Shown: positions 17,964 to 30,930, numbered from the stretch's first letter. The stretch: DNA of 64,000 nucleotides from Pseudomonadota bacterium (GCA_040754275.1 JBFMCW010000001.1:37025-101024); one strand, 5' to 3'. Notes: generated by a model from the letters alone, not told the origin. Numbers and translations: made by a program.

Positions 17964-20900
17964 TTAATAACGTTCCAGATCGATGTCGATGCCCAGCGAG
18001 CGGATTTCCTTCACCAGCACGTTGAAGGATTCCGGCATGCCCGCCTCGATCTTGTGGTCGCCCTTGACGATGTTCTCGTACACCTTGGTCCGGCCATTCA
18101 CATCGTCGGACTTCACCGTCAGCATTTCCTGCAGCACGTAGGACGCACCGTAGGCCTCCAGCGCCCACACTTCCATTTCGCCGAAGCGCTGGCCGCCGAA
18201 CTGTGCCTTGCCGCCCAGCGGCTGCTGGGTAACCAGCGAGTACGGGCCGGTGGAACGGGCATGCATCTTGTCGTCGACCAGGTGATGCAGCTTCAGCACA
18301 TGCTTGTAGCCCACCGTAACTTCGCGGTCGAAGGCTTCGCCGGTGCGGCCGTCGTAGAGCTGCACCTGGCCGCCTTCGGGCAGGCCGGCGAGTTTCAGCA
18401 TGCGGCGGATTTCCTCTTCGGAGGCACCATCGAACACCGGCGAGGCGAAGGGCACGCCCTTCGACAGATGCCGTGCAAGCTCGATGATCTCGTCGTCGCT
18501 GAAATCGTCGATGTCCTCGGGTTTGCCGGACTGGTTGTAGATGTCCTTGAGGAAGGCACGCAGCTCCTTGACCATGCTCTTGGTCTGCGCCGCCAGCATG
18601 CGACCGATCTGCTCGCCCAGGCCTTTTGCGGCCCAGCCGAGGTGGGTCTCCAGGATCTGGCCGACGTTCATCCGCGACGGCACACCGAGCGGATTCAGCA
18701 CGATGTCGACCGGACGGCCGTCGGCCATGAAGGGCATGTCCTCGACCGGCACGATCTTGGACACCACACCCTTGTTGCCGTGACGGCCGGCCATCTTGTC
18801 GCCGGGCTGCAGGCGGCGCTTCACCGCCAGATAAACCTTGACCATCTTCTGCACACCAGGTGGCAGTTCGTCGCCGGCAGTCAGCTTCTTCTTCTTTTCC
18901 TCGAACATGGCATCGAACTCGACACGCTTCTGCGCGAGGCTGTCCTTGATGGCTTCGACCTGACGGCTGGCTTCATCGTCGGCCAGGCGGATATCGAACC
19001 AGTCGTGGCGGTTGAGCGACTCCAGATATTCCTTTGTCACCTTGCTGCCCTTGGCGAGCTTCTTCGGGCCCCCGTTGGCGACCTTAAGGTGCAAGAGCTT
19101 CTCCAGGCGGGCGAAGGTATCGTCCTCGACGATCCGCATGCGGTCTGTCAGGTCTTTCTTGTACTCGGCAAGCTGGGTATCGATGATCGACTGGGCACGC
19201 TTGTCACGCTCGATGCCCTCGCGGGTAAACACCTGCACGTCGATGACGACGCCGGACATGCCCGACGGCACCTTGAGCGAGGTGTCCTTCACGTCGGAGG
19301 CCTTCTCGCCGAAAATCGCGCGCAAGAGCTTCTCTTCCGGCGTCAGTTGGGTTTCGCCCTTGGGCGTGACCTTGCCGACCAGCACGTCACCGGCCTCGAC
19401 CTCGGCACCGATCGCGATGATGCCGGACTCGTCCAGACGCGCGAGCTGGCGCTCGGCGAGGTTGGAGATGTCACGGGTGATTTCCTCGGGCCCGAGCTTG
19501 GTGTCGCGCGCCACCACCGAGAGCTCCTCGATGTGGATCGAGGTATAGCGGTCCTCGGCAACGACCTTCTCGTTGATGAGAATCGAGTCTTCGAAGTTGT
19601 AGCCGTTCCACGGCATGAACGCGACCAGCATGTTCTGGCCCAGCGCAAGCTCGCCCATGTCGGTCGATGCGCCGTCCGCGATGACGTCGCCGCGCGCGAT
19701 GACATCGCCCACCTTCACCAGCGGACGCTGGTTGATGTTGGTGTTCTGGTTGGAACGGGTGTACTTGATCAGCGAATAGATATCGACGCCGACCTCGCCC
19801 GATTTCGCCTCCTCGTCGTGCACGCGGATCACGATACGGCCCGCATCGACGTAATCGACCACGCCGCCGCGGTACGCGGTGACGACCGTACCGGAATCGA
19901 CTGCTGCGGTGCGTTCGATGCCGGTGCCCACGAAAGGCTTCTCGGGACGCAGGCAGGGCACGGCCTGGCGCTGCATGTTCGAACCCATCAACGCACGGTT
20001 CGCGTCGTCATGCTCCAGGAACGGTATCAGAGAAGCGGCCACCGAGACGATCTGCGCCGGCGCAACGTCCATGTATTCGATCTTGTCCGGACTCGACAGG
20101 GTGAATTCGTTCTTGTGGCGGCAGGACACCAGGTCATCCTTGAACCTGCCCTTGGCGTCGAGTTCGGCGTTGGCCTGCGCGATCACGAACTTGCTTTCCT
20201 CGATCGCGGACAGGTAATGAATCTCGTCCGTCACCTTGTTGTCGACGACCTTGCGGTACGGCGTTTCGATGAAGCCGTACCAGTTGGTGCGGGCAAACAG
20301 GGCCAGAGAGTTGATCAGGCCGATGTTCGGGCCTTCCGGCGTTTCGATCGGGCACACGCGGCCGTAGTGCGTCGGATGCACGTCGCGCACCTCGAAGCCT
20401 GCGCGCTCGCGGGTCAGGCCGCCGGGGCCCAGCGCCGAGACGCGGCGCTTGTGCGTGATCTCGGACAGCGGATTGGTCTGGTCCATGAACTGCGACAGTT
20501 GCGACGATCCAAAGAACTCCTTGATCGCGGCGGACACGGGCTTGGCGTTGATGAGGTCGTGCGGCATCAGGTTGTCGGACTCGGCCTGCGACAGGCGCTC
20601 GCGCACCGCGCGCTCGACGCGCACGAGGCCGGCCCGGAACTGGTTCTCCGCCAGTTCGCCCACCGAGCGCACGCGGCGGTTGCCGAGGTGGTCGATATCA
20701 TCGATCTCGCCGCGACCGTTGCGCAGCTCGACCAGGATCTTGATGACCGCAACGATATCCTCGGTCGACAGGGTGCCGGCACCGGTCAGCTCGTCGCGGC
20801 CGATGCGGCGGTTGAACTTCATGCGGCCGACGGCCGACAGGTCGTAGCGTTCCTCGCTGAAGAAAAGATTGCCGAACAGGGCGTTCACCGCATCCTCGGT

Positions 20901-22043
20901 CGGTGGCTCGCCCGGGCGCATCATGCGGTAGATCGCGACCTTGGCTGCGTATTCGTCGGTGGTGTCGTCGGTACGCAGGGTCTGCGAGATGAAAGGGCCG
21001 TGATCCAGGTCATTGGTATACAGCGTCTGGAACTTGTCGATGCCGGCTGCGGCGAGTTTCTTCAGCAGATCCTCGGTGATCTCGTCGTTGGCGCGCGCGA
21101 CGAGTTCACCCGTGCCCTTGTCGATCACGTCATGCGCGAGCACGCGGCCAACGACAAATTCGGCCGGCACGGCCCACTTCTTCACGCCTGCCGCATCCAG
21201 CTCGCGAATGTGTTTGGCGGTGATGCGCTTGTCCTTGGCCACGATGACGTGGTCATCCTTGCCGCAGATGTCGAAACGTGCGATCTCGCCGCGCAGGCGC
21301 TCGGGCACCAGTTCGAACTGCACGCCCTGGCTGTTGATGTAGAACGTATCCTTGCTGAAGAAGGCATCAAGGATCGTCTCGGGCGTATAGCCCAGCGCCT
21401 TCAGCAGGATGGTCACCGGCATCTTGCGGCGGCGGTCGACGCGGAAGAACAGGATGTCCTTGGCGTCGAATTCGAAGTCCAGCCACGAGCCGCGGTAGGG
21501 AATCACGCGCGCCGAGAACAGCAGCTTGCCCGAGCTGTGGGTCTTGCCGCGGTCGTGTTCGAAGAACACGCCAGGCGAGCGGTGCAGCTGCGAAACGATC
21601 ACGCGCTCGGTGCCGTTGATGACGAAGGAGCCGGTCGGCGTCATGAGCGGAATTTCACCCATGTAGACTTCCTGCTCCTTGACCTCCTTGATGGTCGGCT
21701 TGGAGGCTTCCTTGTCCATGATCACGAGGCGCACCTTGGCGCGCAGGGGCGCGCAATAGGTAAGACCGCGCTGCTGGCATTCCTTGATGTCGAATACCGG
21801 TTCGCCGAGCGTGTAGTTCACATACTCCAGGCGCGCGTTGCCGCTGTGGCTGACGATGGGAAAGATCGAGGTAAACGCAGCCTGCAGGCCTTCGTTCAGA
21901 CGCTCTTCCTTCGAGCGCCCCTCCTGCAGGAAGGCTCGGTAGGATTCAAGCTGTGTCGCCAGAAGAAACGGCACCGGAAGGGTGTTGGTCCGGCTAGCAA
22001 AGCTCTTGCGCAGACGTTTTTTCTCGGTAAAGGTATAAGCCAT
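17964..22043 (-). CDS. rpoB: RNA polymerase beta subunit
   Basis: Start reassigned to ATG at 22043 (MAYTFTEKK); [31 protein letters not shown]. Confidence 0.99.
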   Translation of the reverse strand: MAYTFTEKKRLRKSFASRTNTLPVPFLLATQLESYRAFLQEGRSKEERLNEGLQAAFTSIFPIVSHSGNARLEYVNYTLGEPVFDIKECQQRGLTYCAPLRAKVRLVIMDKEASKPTIKEVKEQEVYMGEIPLMTPTGSFVINGTERVIVSQLHRSPGVFFEHDRGKTHSSGKLLFSARVIPYRGSWLDFEFDAKDILFFRVDRRRKMPVTILLKALGYTPETILDAFFSKDTFYINSQGVQFELVPERLRGEIARFDICGKDDHVIVAKDKRITAKHIRELDAAGVKKWAVPAEFVVGRVLAHDVIDKGTGELVARANDEITEDLLKKLAAAGIDKFQTLYTNDLDHGPFISQTLRTDDTTDEYAAKVAIYRMMRPGEPPTEDAVNALFGNLFFSEERYDLSAVGRMKFNRRIGRDELTGAGTLSTEDIVAVIKILVELRNGRGEIDDIDHLGNRRVRSVGELAENQFRAGLVRVERAVRERLSQAESDNLMPHDLINAKPVSAAIKEFFGSSQLSQFMDQTNPLSEITHKRRVSALGPGGLTRERAGFEVRDVHPTHYGRVCPIETPEGPNIGLINSLALFARTNWYGFIETPYRKVVDNKVTDEIHYLSAIEESKFVIAQANAELDAKGRFKDDLVSCRHKNEFTLSSPDKIEYMDVAPAQIVSVAASLIPFLEHDDANRALMGSNMQRQAVPCLRPEKPFVGTGIERTAAVDSGTVVTAYRGGVVDYVDAGRIVIRVHDEEAKSGEVGVDIYSLIKYTRSNQNTNINQRPLVKVGDVIARGDVIADGASTDMGELALGQNMLVAFMPWNGYNFEDSILINEKVVAEDRYTSIHIEELSVVARDTKLGPEEITRDISNLAERQLARLDESGIIAIGAEVEAGDVLVGKVTPKGETQLTPEEKLLRAIFGEKASDVKDTSLKVPSGMSGVVIDVQVFTREGIERDKRAQSIIDTQLAEYKKDLTDRMRIVEDDTFARLEKLLHLKVANGGPKKLAKGSKVTKEYLESLNRHDWFDIRLADDEASRQVEAIKDSLAQKRVEFDAMFEEKKKKLTAGDELPPGVQKMVKVYLAVKRRLQPGDKMAGRHGNKGVVSKIVPVEDMPFMADGRPVDIVLNPLGVPSRMNVGQILETHLGWAAKGLGEQIGRMLAAQTKSMVKELRAFLKDIYNQSGKPEDIDDFSDDEIIELARHLSKGVPFASPVFDGASEEEIRRMLKLAGLPEGGQVQLYDGRTGEAFDREVTVGYKHVLKLHHLVDDKMHARSTGPYSLVTQQPLGGKAQFGGQRFGEMEVWALEAYGASYVLQEMLTVKSDDVNGRTKVYENIVKGDHKIEAGMPESFNVLVKEIRSLGIDIDLERY

Positions 22044-22110
22044 GGGATCTCCTTGACGATCAGGGGCCAACGGGCACGCGGGTTACGGCCTGGCGATGTG
22101 ATAGGGCACA

Positions 22111-22153
22111 CGCAAAAAGCAAACGACCCGGAAGCCGATTCCGGGTTCCGGGT
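22111..22153 (-). terminator. Attenuator-like hairpin with T-rich tail in the rplL-rpoB spacer
   Basis: ACCCGGAA...TTCCGGGT stem followed by CGTTTGCTTTTTG on the minus strand. Confidence 0.5.
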
Positions 22154-22259
22154 ATGTGCTGCTTGCGTGTGCCGCGGGTTTCCCCGCGGCAGGCGGTCGA
22201 ACTCAATCTGTCTCCGGAAACGGACGGCACACATGCGCACCGTCCTGAAAGCCGATGAC

Positions 22260-22643
22260 TTACTTGACTTCGACCTTGGCGCCCGCTTCTTCCAGCTGCT
22301 TCTTCAATGCCTCGGCGTCTGCCTTGGCGATGCCTTCCTTCACCGGCTTCGGCGCACCGTCGACCAGGTCCTTGGCTTCCTTCAGGCCCAGGCCGGTGGC
22401 AGCACGCACGACCTTGATGACTTCCACCTTCTTCTCGCCGGCAGCGGCCAGAACGACGGTGAATTCGGTCTGCTCTTCAGCAGCAGCGGCAGCACCGCCA
22501 CCGGCGGCCGGAGCAGCCACGGCAACCGCGGCAGCGGCGGCAGAAACGCCGAACTTCTCTTCCATTTCCTTGATGAGCTCGGACAGCTCGAGGACGGTCA
22601 TGTTGGCGATGGCGTCCAGAATGTCAGCTTTTGCAACAGCCAT
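22260..22643 (-). CDS. rplL: 50S ribosomal protein L7/L12
   Basis: Start at ATG 22643 (MAVAKADIL); Ala-rich hinge, [19 protein letters not shown]. Confidence 0.99.
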   Translation of the reverse strand: MAVAKADILDAIANMTVLELSELIKEMEEKFGVSAAAAAVAVAAPAAGGGAAAAAEEQTEFTVVLAAAGEKKVEVIKVVRAATGLGLKEAKDLVDGAPKPVKEGIAKADAEALKKQLEEAGAKVEVK

Positions 22644-22731
22644 GTTTGTTACTCCTGTCAAATGTGCTTCAGATTAAAAAACAATATCGTCGATTCGGTT
22701 GTCGACAGACTGCGTCACCCGCAATACGGGT

Positions 22732-23253
22732 TTAGGCAGCCTGCTTGTCGCGGACCGCAGCCAGGCCGCGCACGAATTTCGTCGGCACCTCGTTGAGGGT
22801 GCGGACGAATTGCGCGACCGGGGCCTGCATGGTGCCCAGGAGCTTGGCGAGCAGTTCTTCGCGGCTGGGCATGCTGGCCAGATTCCCCACGTCCTTGGCG
22901 GACATGACGAAGTTGGGCATGGCACCGGCCTTGACGACGAACTTCTCGTTGCCCTTGGCGAACTCGTGCATCACCTTGGCGGCGGCCACGGGATCCTTGG
23001 AAATGCCGTAGGCAAGCGGCCCGACCAGTTGGTCGGAAATGCCCGCGAACGGCGTATCCGCAATCGCGCGACGTACCAGCGTGTTTTTCAGCACGCGCAG
23101 ATAGACACCTTCCTTGCGCGCTTTCACGCGCAGCTGGGTCATGTCTTCCACGGTGATGCCACGGTACTCGGCAACGACAACCGTCTGGGCACCCGCAACC
23201 TGCGCGGAAACCTCGGCAACGACGGCTTTCTTTTCTTCAAGATTCAGACTCAA
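22732..23253 (-). CDS. rplJ: 50S ribosomal protein L10
   Basis: TTG start with GGAGG RBS; [24 protein letters not shown]. Confidence 0.99.
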   Translation of the reverse strand: MSLNLEEKKAVVAEVSAQVAGAQTVVVAEYRGITVEDMTQLRVKARKEGVYLRVLKNTLVRRAIADTPFAGISDQLVGPLAYGISKDPVAAAKVMHEFAKGNEKFVVKAGAMPNFVMSAKDVGNLASMPSREELLAKLLGTMQAPVAQFVRTLNEVPTKFVRGLAAVRDKQAA

Positions 23254-23329
23254 GGTCTTGCCTCCTTCTCAGTTACAGGGCGTTGCCCGCCCCGGCTGGC
23301 GACCTTGACAGGAAAATCCTGCTGGGGAA

Positions 23330-23430
23330 CGCCATCTGCGTAGGTTCCGGCTGACGAAAAACAGAGGACGAGTCACCCATTTCCCGCTCGCCGGAATTAA
23401 ACCCCTGCGAGTGCCTACGGTCTTTGACAA
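23330..23430 (-). ncRNA. L10 ribosomal protein leader (rplJ autoregulatory element)
   Basis: TCAAAGACCGTAGG...TTAA...CCTACGCAGATGG upstream of rplJ matches the conserved pattern of proteobacterial L10 leaders as recalled; not model-scanned. Confidence 0.75.
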
Positions 23431-23508
23431 CCCGCCGCGCCCCAACTGCAGACACGGCGGCCCAAAGTTCTTGTTGCCGGATAGCCAGCTGGCTGTCCGG
23501 CGTGATCA

Positions 23509-24204
23509 TTACGCGTTGACGCTGGCCTGGTCGACCCGCACGCCCACGCCCATGGTGGACGACACCGACAGACGCTTGAAATAGATTCCCTTGGAACTTG
23601 CCGGCTTGGCGCGCTGCAGCGCATCCAGCAGCGCCACCAGATTTTCCTTCAGGTCTTCCACGCTGAACGAAGCGCGGCCGATGGTGCAATGCACGATGCC
23701 GCCCTTGTCGGTGCGGTACTGCACCTGACCGGCCTTGGCGTTCTTCACGGCGCCGACCACATCGGGCGACACGGTGCCGACCTTGGGGTTCGGCATCAGG
23801 CCGCGCGGGCCCAACACCTGGCCAAGCTGGCCGACGACACGCATCGCATCCGGCGTTGCGATCACCACGTCGAAGTCCATGCGGCCACCCTTGATCTCGG
23901 CCGCCAGATCGTCGAAGCCGACGATGTCAGCGCCAGCGTCCTTTGCCTTCTGGGCATTGTCGCCCTGGGCGAAGACGGCGACGCGTACAGTCTTGCCGAT
24001 CCCTTTGGGCAGGACTACGGCACCCCGCACCATCTGGTCGGATTTGCGTGCATCGACGCCAAGGTTGATGGCGACGTCGACCGATTCGTCGAATTTGGCG
24101 GTTGCCGTCTCCTTGACCAGTTGCAGCGCATCGACCACCGGGTAGTTGCGAGTGCGGTCGATCTTTTCCTTGATTGCGCGCATGCGCTTGGATACGTTAG
24201 CCAT
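23509..24204 (-). CDS. rplA: 50S ribosomal protein L1
   Basis: Start at ATG 24204; [18 protein letters not shown]. Confidence 0.99.
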   Translation of the reverse strand: MANVSKRMRAIKEKIDRTRNYPVVDALQLVKETATAKFDESVDVAINLGVDARKSDQMVRGAVVLPKGIGKTVRVAVFAQGDNAQKAKDAGADIVGFDDLAAEIKGGRMDFDVVIATPDAMRVVGQLGQVLGPRGLMPNPKVGTVSPDVVGAVKNAKAGQVQYRTDKGGIVHCTIGRASFSVEDLKENLVALLDALQRAKPASSKGIYFKRLSVSSTMGVGVRVDQASVNA

Positions 24205-24205
24205 G

Positions 24206-24637
24206 TCAGACACCCTCCACGATGATGCCCATGGAACGCGCGGTACCGGCGATCGTGCGCACGGCGGCGTCCATGTCGGCGGCGGTCAGGTCGGGTTCCT
24301 TGGTCTTGGCGATTTCTTCCAGTTGCGCGCGGGTGATCGTGCCGACCTTGTCCACGTGCGGCTTCGAACTGCCCTTGTCGAGCTTGATAGCCTTCTTGAT
24401 GAGCACCGTCGCAGGCGGCGTCTTCATGATGAAGGTGAAGCTCTTGTCCGCGAAGGCGGTGATCACCACCGGAATCGGCAGGCCGGGCTCCATGCCCTGC
24501 GTCTTGGCGTTGAACGCCTTGCAGAATTCCATGATGTTCAGGCCGCGCTGACCCAGCGCGGGACCGATGGGGGGCGACGGGTTCGCTTTACCCGCCGGCA
24601 CTTGCAGCTTGATGTAGCCGACAATCTTCTTTGCCAT
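24206..24637 (-). CDS. rplK: 50S ribosomal protein L11
   Basis: [28 protein letters not shown]. Confidence 0.99.
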   Translation of the reverse strand: MAKKIVGYIKLQVPAGKANPSPPIGPALGQRGLNIMEFCKAFNAKTQGMEPGLPIPVVITAFADKSFTFIMKTPPATVLIKKAIKLDKGSSKPHVDKVGTITRAQLEEIAKTKEPDLTAADMDAAVRTIAGTARSMGIIVEGV

Positions 24638-24654
24638 GATGGCTCCTAAAATGT

Positions 24655-24694
24655 GAGTACCAACGCGCGTTCGGTTGCCCTACTTACGCTCCTC
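24655..24694 (-). promoter_or_regulatory. L1-binding mRNA operator in the rplK leader
   Basis: GAG-GAG-stem-CG-TTGGTA-CTC just upstream of the RBS has the same architecture as the E. coli rplK leader (GGG-GAG-stem-CG-TTATTA-CCC). Confidence 0.6.
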
Positions 24695-24737
24695 TCCGGC
24701 GAACCGGAACTGCCCGCCGTTTCCGCCGTGACGGAAA

Positions 24738-25271
24738 TCAGCTCTTCTCGACCTGGCCGAAGCCCAGTTCGACGGGCGTCGCACGCCCGAAAATCATCAC
24801 CGACACGCGCAGCTTGCTCTTGTCGTAGTTCACTTCTTCGACGTTGCCATTGAAGTCGGTAAACGGCCCATCGATGACGCGCACCGTCTCGCCAACCTCG
24901 AACAAGACCTTGGGCTTGGGCTTCTCCACACCCTCGCGCATCTGATCGAGAATGGCCTGCACCTCCTTTTCGGAGATGGGCGCCGGCCGGGTTGCCGTTC
25001 CACCGACGAAGCCCGTGACCTTGGGCGTGCTCTTCACCAGATGCCAGGTATCGTCGTCCATTTCCATCTGGACCAGCACATAGCCGGGGAAGAACTTGCG
25101 CTCGGCAGTTTTTTTCTGCCCCGCCTTCATCTCGACCACTTCTTCCACCGGCACCAGGATTTCGCCAAAGCGATCCTTCATGCCGGCGCGCTCGATCCGC
25201 TCGGCCAGGTTGCGCGCCACGCTTTTCTCGAAGCCGGAATAGGCATGAACCACATACCACCGCATGCTCAA
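24738..25271 (-). CDS. nusG: Transcription elongation factor NusG
   Basis: [33 protein letters not shown]; start at TTG 25271 or ATG 25265. Confidence 0.98.
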   Translation of the reverse strand: MSMRWYVVHAYSGFEKSVARNLAERIERAGMKDRFGEILVPVEEVVEMKAGQKKTAERKFFPGYVLVQMEMDDDTWHLVKSTPKVTGFVGGTATRPAPISEKEVQAILDQMREGVEKPKPKVLFEVGETVRVIDGPFTDFNGNVEEVNYDKSKLRVSVMIFGRATPVELGFGQVEKS

Positions 25272-25615
25272 CTCCCCTGTCCCATGGCCAGCTTCACCAG
25301 CCACAACAAAATGCCGTCAACCGCCCACAGGAACAAGGCCATGACGACAACGAACGCCATCACGACACCGGTCATCTGCAACGTTTCCTTGCGCGTCGGC
25401 CAGACAACCTTCTTGGCCTCGTCGCGCGATTCCAGCGCGAACTTGTAGAAGCGCTTGCCCGGCGAGGACAGGCCCGCCACCACGCCACCCAGAACCAGAC
25501 CGCCGATCACCGACAGCACGCGCACCACGGTCGGCGCGTCTGCAAAAAAATAAAAGCCGGCCACCCCTGCGATGACCAGCAGTACCGCAACCAGCAACTT
25601 GATTTTGTCAGCCAT
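25268..25615 (-). CDS. secE: Preprotein translocase SecE
   Basis: [13 protein letters not shown] motif plus TM segments. Confidence 0.97.
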   Translation of the reverse strand: MADKIKLLVAVLLVIAGVAGFYFFADAPTVVRVLSVIGGLVLGGVVAGLSSPGKRFYKFALESRDEAKKVVWPTRKETLQMTGVVMAFVVVMALFLWAVDGILLWLVKLAMGQGS

Positions 25616-25644
25616 GAATGCTGTGCGCCTGGGCGCTTATCCTG

Positions 25645-25720
25645 TGGCAGGCCAAGAGGGTCTCGAACCCCCAACCTTCGGTTTTGGAGACCGACGCTCT
25701 ACCAATTGAGCTATTGGCCT
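25645..25720 (-). tRNA. trpT: tRNA-Trp (CCA)
   Basis: AGGCCAATAGCTCAATTGGTAGAGCG...CTCCAAA...GGTTCGA...TGCCA; 76 nt. Confidence 0.97.
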
Positions 25721-25766
25721 GTATTACTACAGGCGGGCAAACGACGCCCGCCTTGAGGCTCTCGCC

Positions 25767-26957
<1,191 letters not shown>

Positions 26958-27087
26958 TTCAAGTACCCCTCAACAAGTAACAAGTAAATGATGCGTCGAT
27001 CCCGACAAGTGCCAATCAATCAAAGCTGACGCTGCCTCGCAGCGTCTTGCAACACCGGTGCGCCCCAGGGTCGGGCAACACCATAAC

Positions 27088-27162
27088 TGGTGCCCATGGG
27101 CAGGATTGAACTGCCGACCTCTCCCTTACCAAGGGAGTGCTCTGCCACTGAGCTACATGGGC
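27088..27162 (-). tRNA. thrT: tRNA-Thr (GGT)
   Basis: GCCCATGTAGCTCAGTGGCAGAGC...TTGGTAA...AGTTCAA...CACCA; 75 nt. Confidence 0.97.
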
Positions 27163-27199
27163 CTATGGACCAACAACCGTCTAGCCCATATACAAAAAC

Positions 27200-27273
27200 T
27201 GGAGCGGGTGAAGGGAATCGAACCCTCGTCTTAAGCTTGGAAGGCTTCAGCTCTACCATTGAGCTACACCCGC
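27200..27273 (-). tRNA. glyT: tRNA-Gly (TCC)
   Basis: GCGGGTGTAGCTCAATGGTAGAGC...CTTCCAA...GGTTCGA...CTCCA; 74 nt. Confidence 0.97.
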
Positions 27274-27359
27274 AAGGAGTAGGCCGTGGTAGTGAAAGCC
27301 GCTAAAGCGTCAACAACCACGCTCCACCCGCTTCGCCCTGCTCGAACTGCAAATAAATC

Positions 27360-27444
27360 TGGTGGTGGGGGAAGGATTCGAACCTTCGAAGGCAGTGCCG
27401 TCAGATTTACAGTCTGATCCCTTTGACCGCTCGGGAACCCCACC
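27360..27444 (-). tRNA. tyrU: tRNA-Tyr (GTA)
   Basis: GGTGGGGTTCCCGAGCGGTCAAAGGG...CTGTAAA...long variable arm...GGTTCGA...CACCA; 85 nt. Confidence 0.97.
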
Positions 27445-27459
27445 CAAACGAAGCGCGAG

Positions 27460-27489
27460 ATTATAGGGGGCTTACGGAAAGCCTGTCAA
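27460..27489 (-). promoter_or_regulatory. Consensus sigma70 promoter of the tRNA-Tyr-Gly-Thr-tufB operon
   Basis: TTGACA, 18 nt, TATAAT, followed by a GC-rich discriminator CTCGCG (typical of stable-RNA promoters). Confidence 0.85.
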
Positions 27490-27497
27490 ACACCGCC

Positions 27498-28589
27498 TCA
27501 CACATTGAAGAGGAAATTCATGACATCGCCGTCCCGGACGACATACTCTTTGCCCTCGGCGCGCATTTTCCCGGCTTCCTTTGCCCCCGCCTCGCCCTTG
27601 CAGGCGATAAAATCCTCGAAGGCGATCGTCTGGGCACGAATGAAACCGCGTTCGAAATCAGTGTGGATGACACCGGCCGCCTGTGGCGCAGTGTCGCCCT
27701 TGTGGATGGTCCAGGCACGCACCTCCTTCACCCCCGCGGTGAAATAGGTCTGCAGGCCCAGCAGATCATATGCGGCGCGGATGAGGCGGTTGAGTCCGGG
27801 CTCATCCCAGCCCAGCTCCTTGAGGTACTCCACGCGGTCTTCGGGCGACAGTTCCTGCAATTCGGCTTCCAGCGCCGCGCAGACCGGTACGACGGGCGCC
27901 CCTTCCCTGGCCGCATGGGCTCTGAGTGCTTCGAGCATGGGATTGTCATGGAAACCGTCCTCGCTGACATTGGCCACGTAGAGTGTGGGCTTCAGGGTCA
28001 TCAGGCACAGCGGCTTGATAGCCGCCAGCCCGTCCCTGTCGAGTCCGGCAGCGCGTGCTGGCCGCCCCTGGTTCAGCGTCTCGACCACGGGTTTCAGTGC
28101 GGCGACCATCTTCTGCGCCTCCTTGTCACCGGCACGAGCAGGTTTTTCGTACCGCACGAGCGCTTTCTCGGCACTGGCGAGGTCGGCAAGCGCCAGCTCG
28201 GTGGCAATGGTCTCCACGTCCGAGAGCGGGTCGATCTTGCCCGCAACATGTATGACATTTTCGTTGTGGAAACAGCGCACAACGTGGCAGATCGCATCCG
28301 TTTCACGGATGTTGGCGAGGAACTGGTTGCCCAGCCCTTCCCCCTTGGAAGCGCCCGCAACCAGGCCGGCGATATCGACAAACTCGACGATGGCAGGCAC
28401 GACCTTCTGCGGCTGGATGATGTCAGCCAGTTGCGCAAGGCGCGGATCGGGTACCTCAACCACGCCGGTATTGGGTTCGATGGTGCAGAAAGGATAGTTC
28501 TCCGCCGCGATGCCCGCCTGGGTCAACGCGTTGAAAAGCGTGGATTTGCCGACGTTGGGCAATCCGACGATGCCGCATTTGAGACTCAT
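27498..28589 (-). CDS. ychF: Redox-regulated ribosome-binding ATPase YchF
   Basis: [38 protein letters not shown]. Confidence 0.99.
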   Translation of the reverse strand: MSLKCGIVGLPNVGKSTLFNALTQAGIAAENYPFCTIEPNTGVVEVPDPRLAQLADIIQPQKVVPAIVEFVDIAGLVAGASKGEGLGNQFLANIRETDAICHVVRCFHNENVIHVAGKIDPLSDVETIATELALADLASAEKALVRYEKPARAGDKEAQKMVAALKPVVETLNQGRPARAAGLDRDGLAAIKPLCLMTLKPTLYVANVSEDGFHDNPMLEALRAHAAREGAPVVPVCAALEAELQELSPEDRVEYLKELGWDEPGLNRLIRAAYDLLGLQTYFTAGVKEVRAWTIHKGDTAPQAAGVIHTDFERGFIRAQTIAFEDFIACKGEAGAKEAGKMRAEGKEYVVRDGDVMNFLFNV

Positions 28590-29194
28590 GGGGTTTCCTG
28601 TGTGGGTTTTGCCGGGGCGGGCTTGGGGGTGGTATTGGCACGCTGCGCCGCGGCGTTCCAGTCGCCCCTCTCGATCAGCGGCCAGAGCTGCAACGCGCGA
28701 CCAATGGCCGCGTCGATCTCGGACTGCTCCTCACGGCGCGGCGGCTTCAACACGAAATTCGCGACCTCGCTGCGATCGCCCGGATGGCCGATTCCGATGC
28801 GCAGGCGCCAGTAATCCTGCGTGCCGAGGTGGGCGGTAATGTCCTTGAGGCCATTATGCCCACCCATGCCGCCGCCGAACTTCAACCGCAAGTGGCCGGG
28901 GGGAATGTCGAGCTCATCGTGCACGACCAGGATTTCGCTCGGCGCGATGCGATGAAAGCGCGCCAGCGCACCGACAGCCTGTCCCGAGCGGTTCATGTAG
29001 GTCTGCGGCAACAGCATCCAGAGCGCTCCATGCCGGCCCACGATGCCGTGAAAGCGCGATTCGTGGGCGAGCGCTGCCCGCCAGTCCTGCGCTAGGCGCG
29101 CGCAAAACCAAAACCCGGCATTGTGCCGGGTTTCTTCGTAGTCGCGCCCGGGGTTGCCGAGACCGACGATGAGGCGGGGCGCTGGCGCAGTCAT
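28586..29194 (-). CDS. pth: Peptidyl-tRNA hydrolase
   Basis: [30 protein letters not shown]. Confidence 0.99.
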   Translation of the reverse strand: MTAPAPRLIVGLGNPGRDYEETRHNAGFWFCARLAQDWRAALAHESRFHGIVGRHGALWMLLPQTYMNRSGQAVGALARFHRIAPSEILVVHDELDIPPGHLRLKFGGGMGGHNGLKDITAHLGTQDYWRLRIGIGHPGDRSEVANFVLKPPRREEQSEIDAAIGRALQLWPLIERGDWNAAAQRANTTPKPAPAKPTQETP

Positions 29195-29242
29195 GCCGCA
29201 CGCGATGCACGCGCCGGATCCGACCGGCGACGCGCAGTCGCC

Positions 29243-29851
29243 TTAGGCCTCGGGCGCAGCGGGCGTTTCTTCGGCCGCACCGCCCTTGGGCGCGTTGATC
29301 GACGCGACCGCGGGGTTTTCAGCCTTGAGGTGCGGCACCAGTTCAACGCCGGCAGGCAGCACGAGGTCGTTGGCGTGGATGGAATGTCCGACTTCAAGCT
29401 TGCCCATGTCCACTTCGATGAATTCTGGCAGGCTGCCGGGCAGACACTGCACATCGAGTTCGTTCACGATGTGGTGCGGCTTGCCGCCACCCAGCTTCAC
29501 GCCAGGGGCCGTCTCGGCGTTGAGGAAGTGCAGCGGCACCTTGACGTGGATCTTGTGGTCCTTGTCGACGCGCTGGAAGTCCACGTGCAGCACCTGCTGC
29601 TTGTAGGGATGCCACTGGGTGTCGCGCAGCAGGACAGATTCCCTGTTGCCGTCGACGGTAAGCGTCAGCACGGAGGCATGGAAGGCTTCCTTGCGCAGGG
29701 CATGGTAGAGGGCGTTGTGATCCAGCTCGATCTGCATCGGCGAGGCGGTGCCGCCGTAGACGATGCCCGGGACCTTGCCGGCGCGGCGCAGGCGGCGGCT
29801 CGCACTCGATCCCTGCGCTTCGCGTTTGAAAGCAATGACTTCGATTTCCAT
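29243..29851 (-). CDS. rplY: 50S ribosomal protein L25/Ctc (long form)
   Basis: Start reassigned to ATG at 29851; [25 protein letters not shown]. Confidence 0.98.
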   Translation of the reverse strand: MEIEVIAFKREAQGSSASRRLRRAGKVPGIVYGGTASPMQIELDHNALYHALRKEAFHASVLTLTVDGNRESVLLRDTQWHPYKQQVLHVDFQRVDKDHKIHVKVPLHFLNAETAPGVKLGGGKPHHIVNELDVQCLPGSLPEFIEVDMGKLEVGHSIHANDLVLPAGVELVPHLKAENPAVASINAPKGGAAEETPAAPEA

Positions 29852-29909
29852 GAAATTTCTCCAAAATTGACATAAAAGCCCCCGCGACCAGGGGCATTCA
29901 ACCAGTTCG

Positions 29910-30860
29910 CTATTCGATGAACAGCGAACTGACGGAATCCTCGTTGCTGATGCGGCGGATGGTTTCCGCCAGCAGTTCAGCCACCGACAATTGCCGGATT
30001 TTCGTGCACGCACGCGCATCATCACGCAGCGGAATGGTGTCGGTCACCACCAGTTCGTCCATCGCCGAGCCCGCAATGCGTTCCGCCGCCGCGCCCGAAA
30101 GCACGCCGTGCGTGCAATAGGCCATGACTTTCTTGGCGCCGTGCTCCTTCAGGGCATTGGCCGCCTCGCACAGCGTGTTCGCGGTATCGACCATGTCGTC
30201 CATTATGATGCAGGTACGATCCTTCACGTCGCCGATGATGTGCATCACCTTCGCCACGTTGGGCTTGGGACGCCGCTTGTCGATGATCGCCAGATCGCAT
30301 TCCAGGCGCTTGGCGATCGCCCGCGCCCGCACTACCCCGCCCACGTCCGGGGACACCACCATCAGGTTGGGATGGTTACGCTTCCAGATGTCTCCCAGCA
30401 GGATCGGGCTGGAATAGATGTTATCGACCGGGATGTCGAAAAAGCCTTGAATCTGGTCGGAGTGCAAGTCCATCGTCAGCAGCCGGTCGATGCCCACGCC
30501 CTGCAGCATGTTCGCCACCACCTTGGCGGTGATCGCCACCCGTGCCGAGCGGGTGCGGCGGTCCTGTCGCGCGTAGCCATAGTAGGGGATGGCCGCGGTG
30601 ATCCGCCCGGCCGAAGCCCGCTTCAGCGCATCGACCATCACCATTACTTCCATCAAGGTATCGTTGGTCGGCTGGCAAGTCGATTGCAGCACGAACACGT
30701 CCTTGCCGCGCACGTTTTCCAGGATCTCGACCATCACCTCGCCGTCCGAGAAGCGCGACACCGTGGCGCGTCCCAGGTGGATATTGAGATGGCGCACCAC
30801 ATCGCTGGCCAGACGGGGGTTGGCATTCCCCGTAAACACCATCAGATTGTCTATGGACAC
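29910..30860 (-). CDS. prs: Ribose-phosphate pyrophosphokinase
   Basis: GTG start; [32 protein letters not shown]. Confidence 0.99.
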   Translation of the reverse strand: MSIDNLMVFTGNANPRLASDVVRHLNIHLGRATVSRFSDGEVMVEILENVRGKDVFVLQSTCQPTNDTLMEVMVMVDALKRASAGRITAAIPYYGYARQDRRTRSARVAITAKVVANMLQGVGIDRLLTMDLHSDQIQGFFDIPVDNIYSSPILLGDIWKRNHPNLMVVSPDVGGVVRARAIAKRLECDLAIIDKRRPKPNVAKVMHIIGDVKDRTCIIMDDMVDTANTLCEAANALKEHGAKKVMAYCTHGVLSGAAAERIAGSAMDELVVTDTIPLRDDARACTKIRQLSVAELLAETIRRISNEDSVSSLFIE

Positions 30861-30892
30861 GCGAGTCTCCGGCGGTTGGGCGAGACAACAAC

Positions 30893-30918
30893 AAAAACAG
30901 CCGCCTTCCCGGCGGCTG
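30893..30918 (-). terminator. Intrinsic terminator downstream of tRNA-Gln
   Basis: CAGCCGCC-GGGAA-GGCGGCTG followed by TTTTT. Confidence 0.75.
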
Positions 30919-30930
30919 CTGATTCAATCT

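Noticed and set aside
20380-20530. Possible rifampicin-resistance changes in rpoB (and streptomycin changes in rpsL)
   Set aside because: RRDR reads [26 protein letters not shown] and S12 reads TPKKPNSA, both wild-type-like
18054-22796. 1580-aa plus-strand ORF (also 13797-17156 and many other long antisense ORFs)
   Set aside because: Shadow frames antisense to rpoB, rpoC, tuf and cox genes, expected from GC-rich codon bias; no recognisable motifs or RBS
23476-23501. GCCGGATAGCC...GGCTGTCCGGC hairpin resembling a REP element
   Set aside because: Only one copy seen in 64 kb and no RAYT transposase; better explained as an rplA 3' stem
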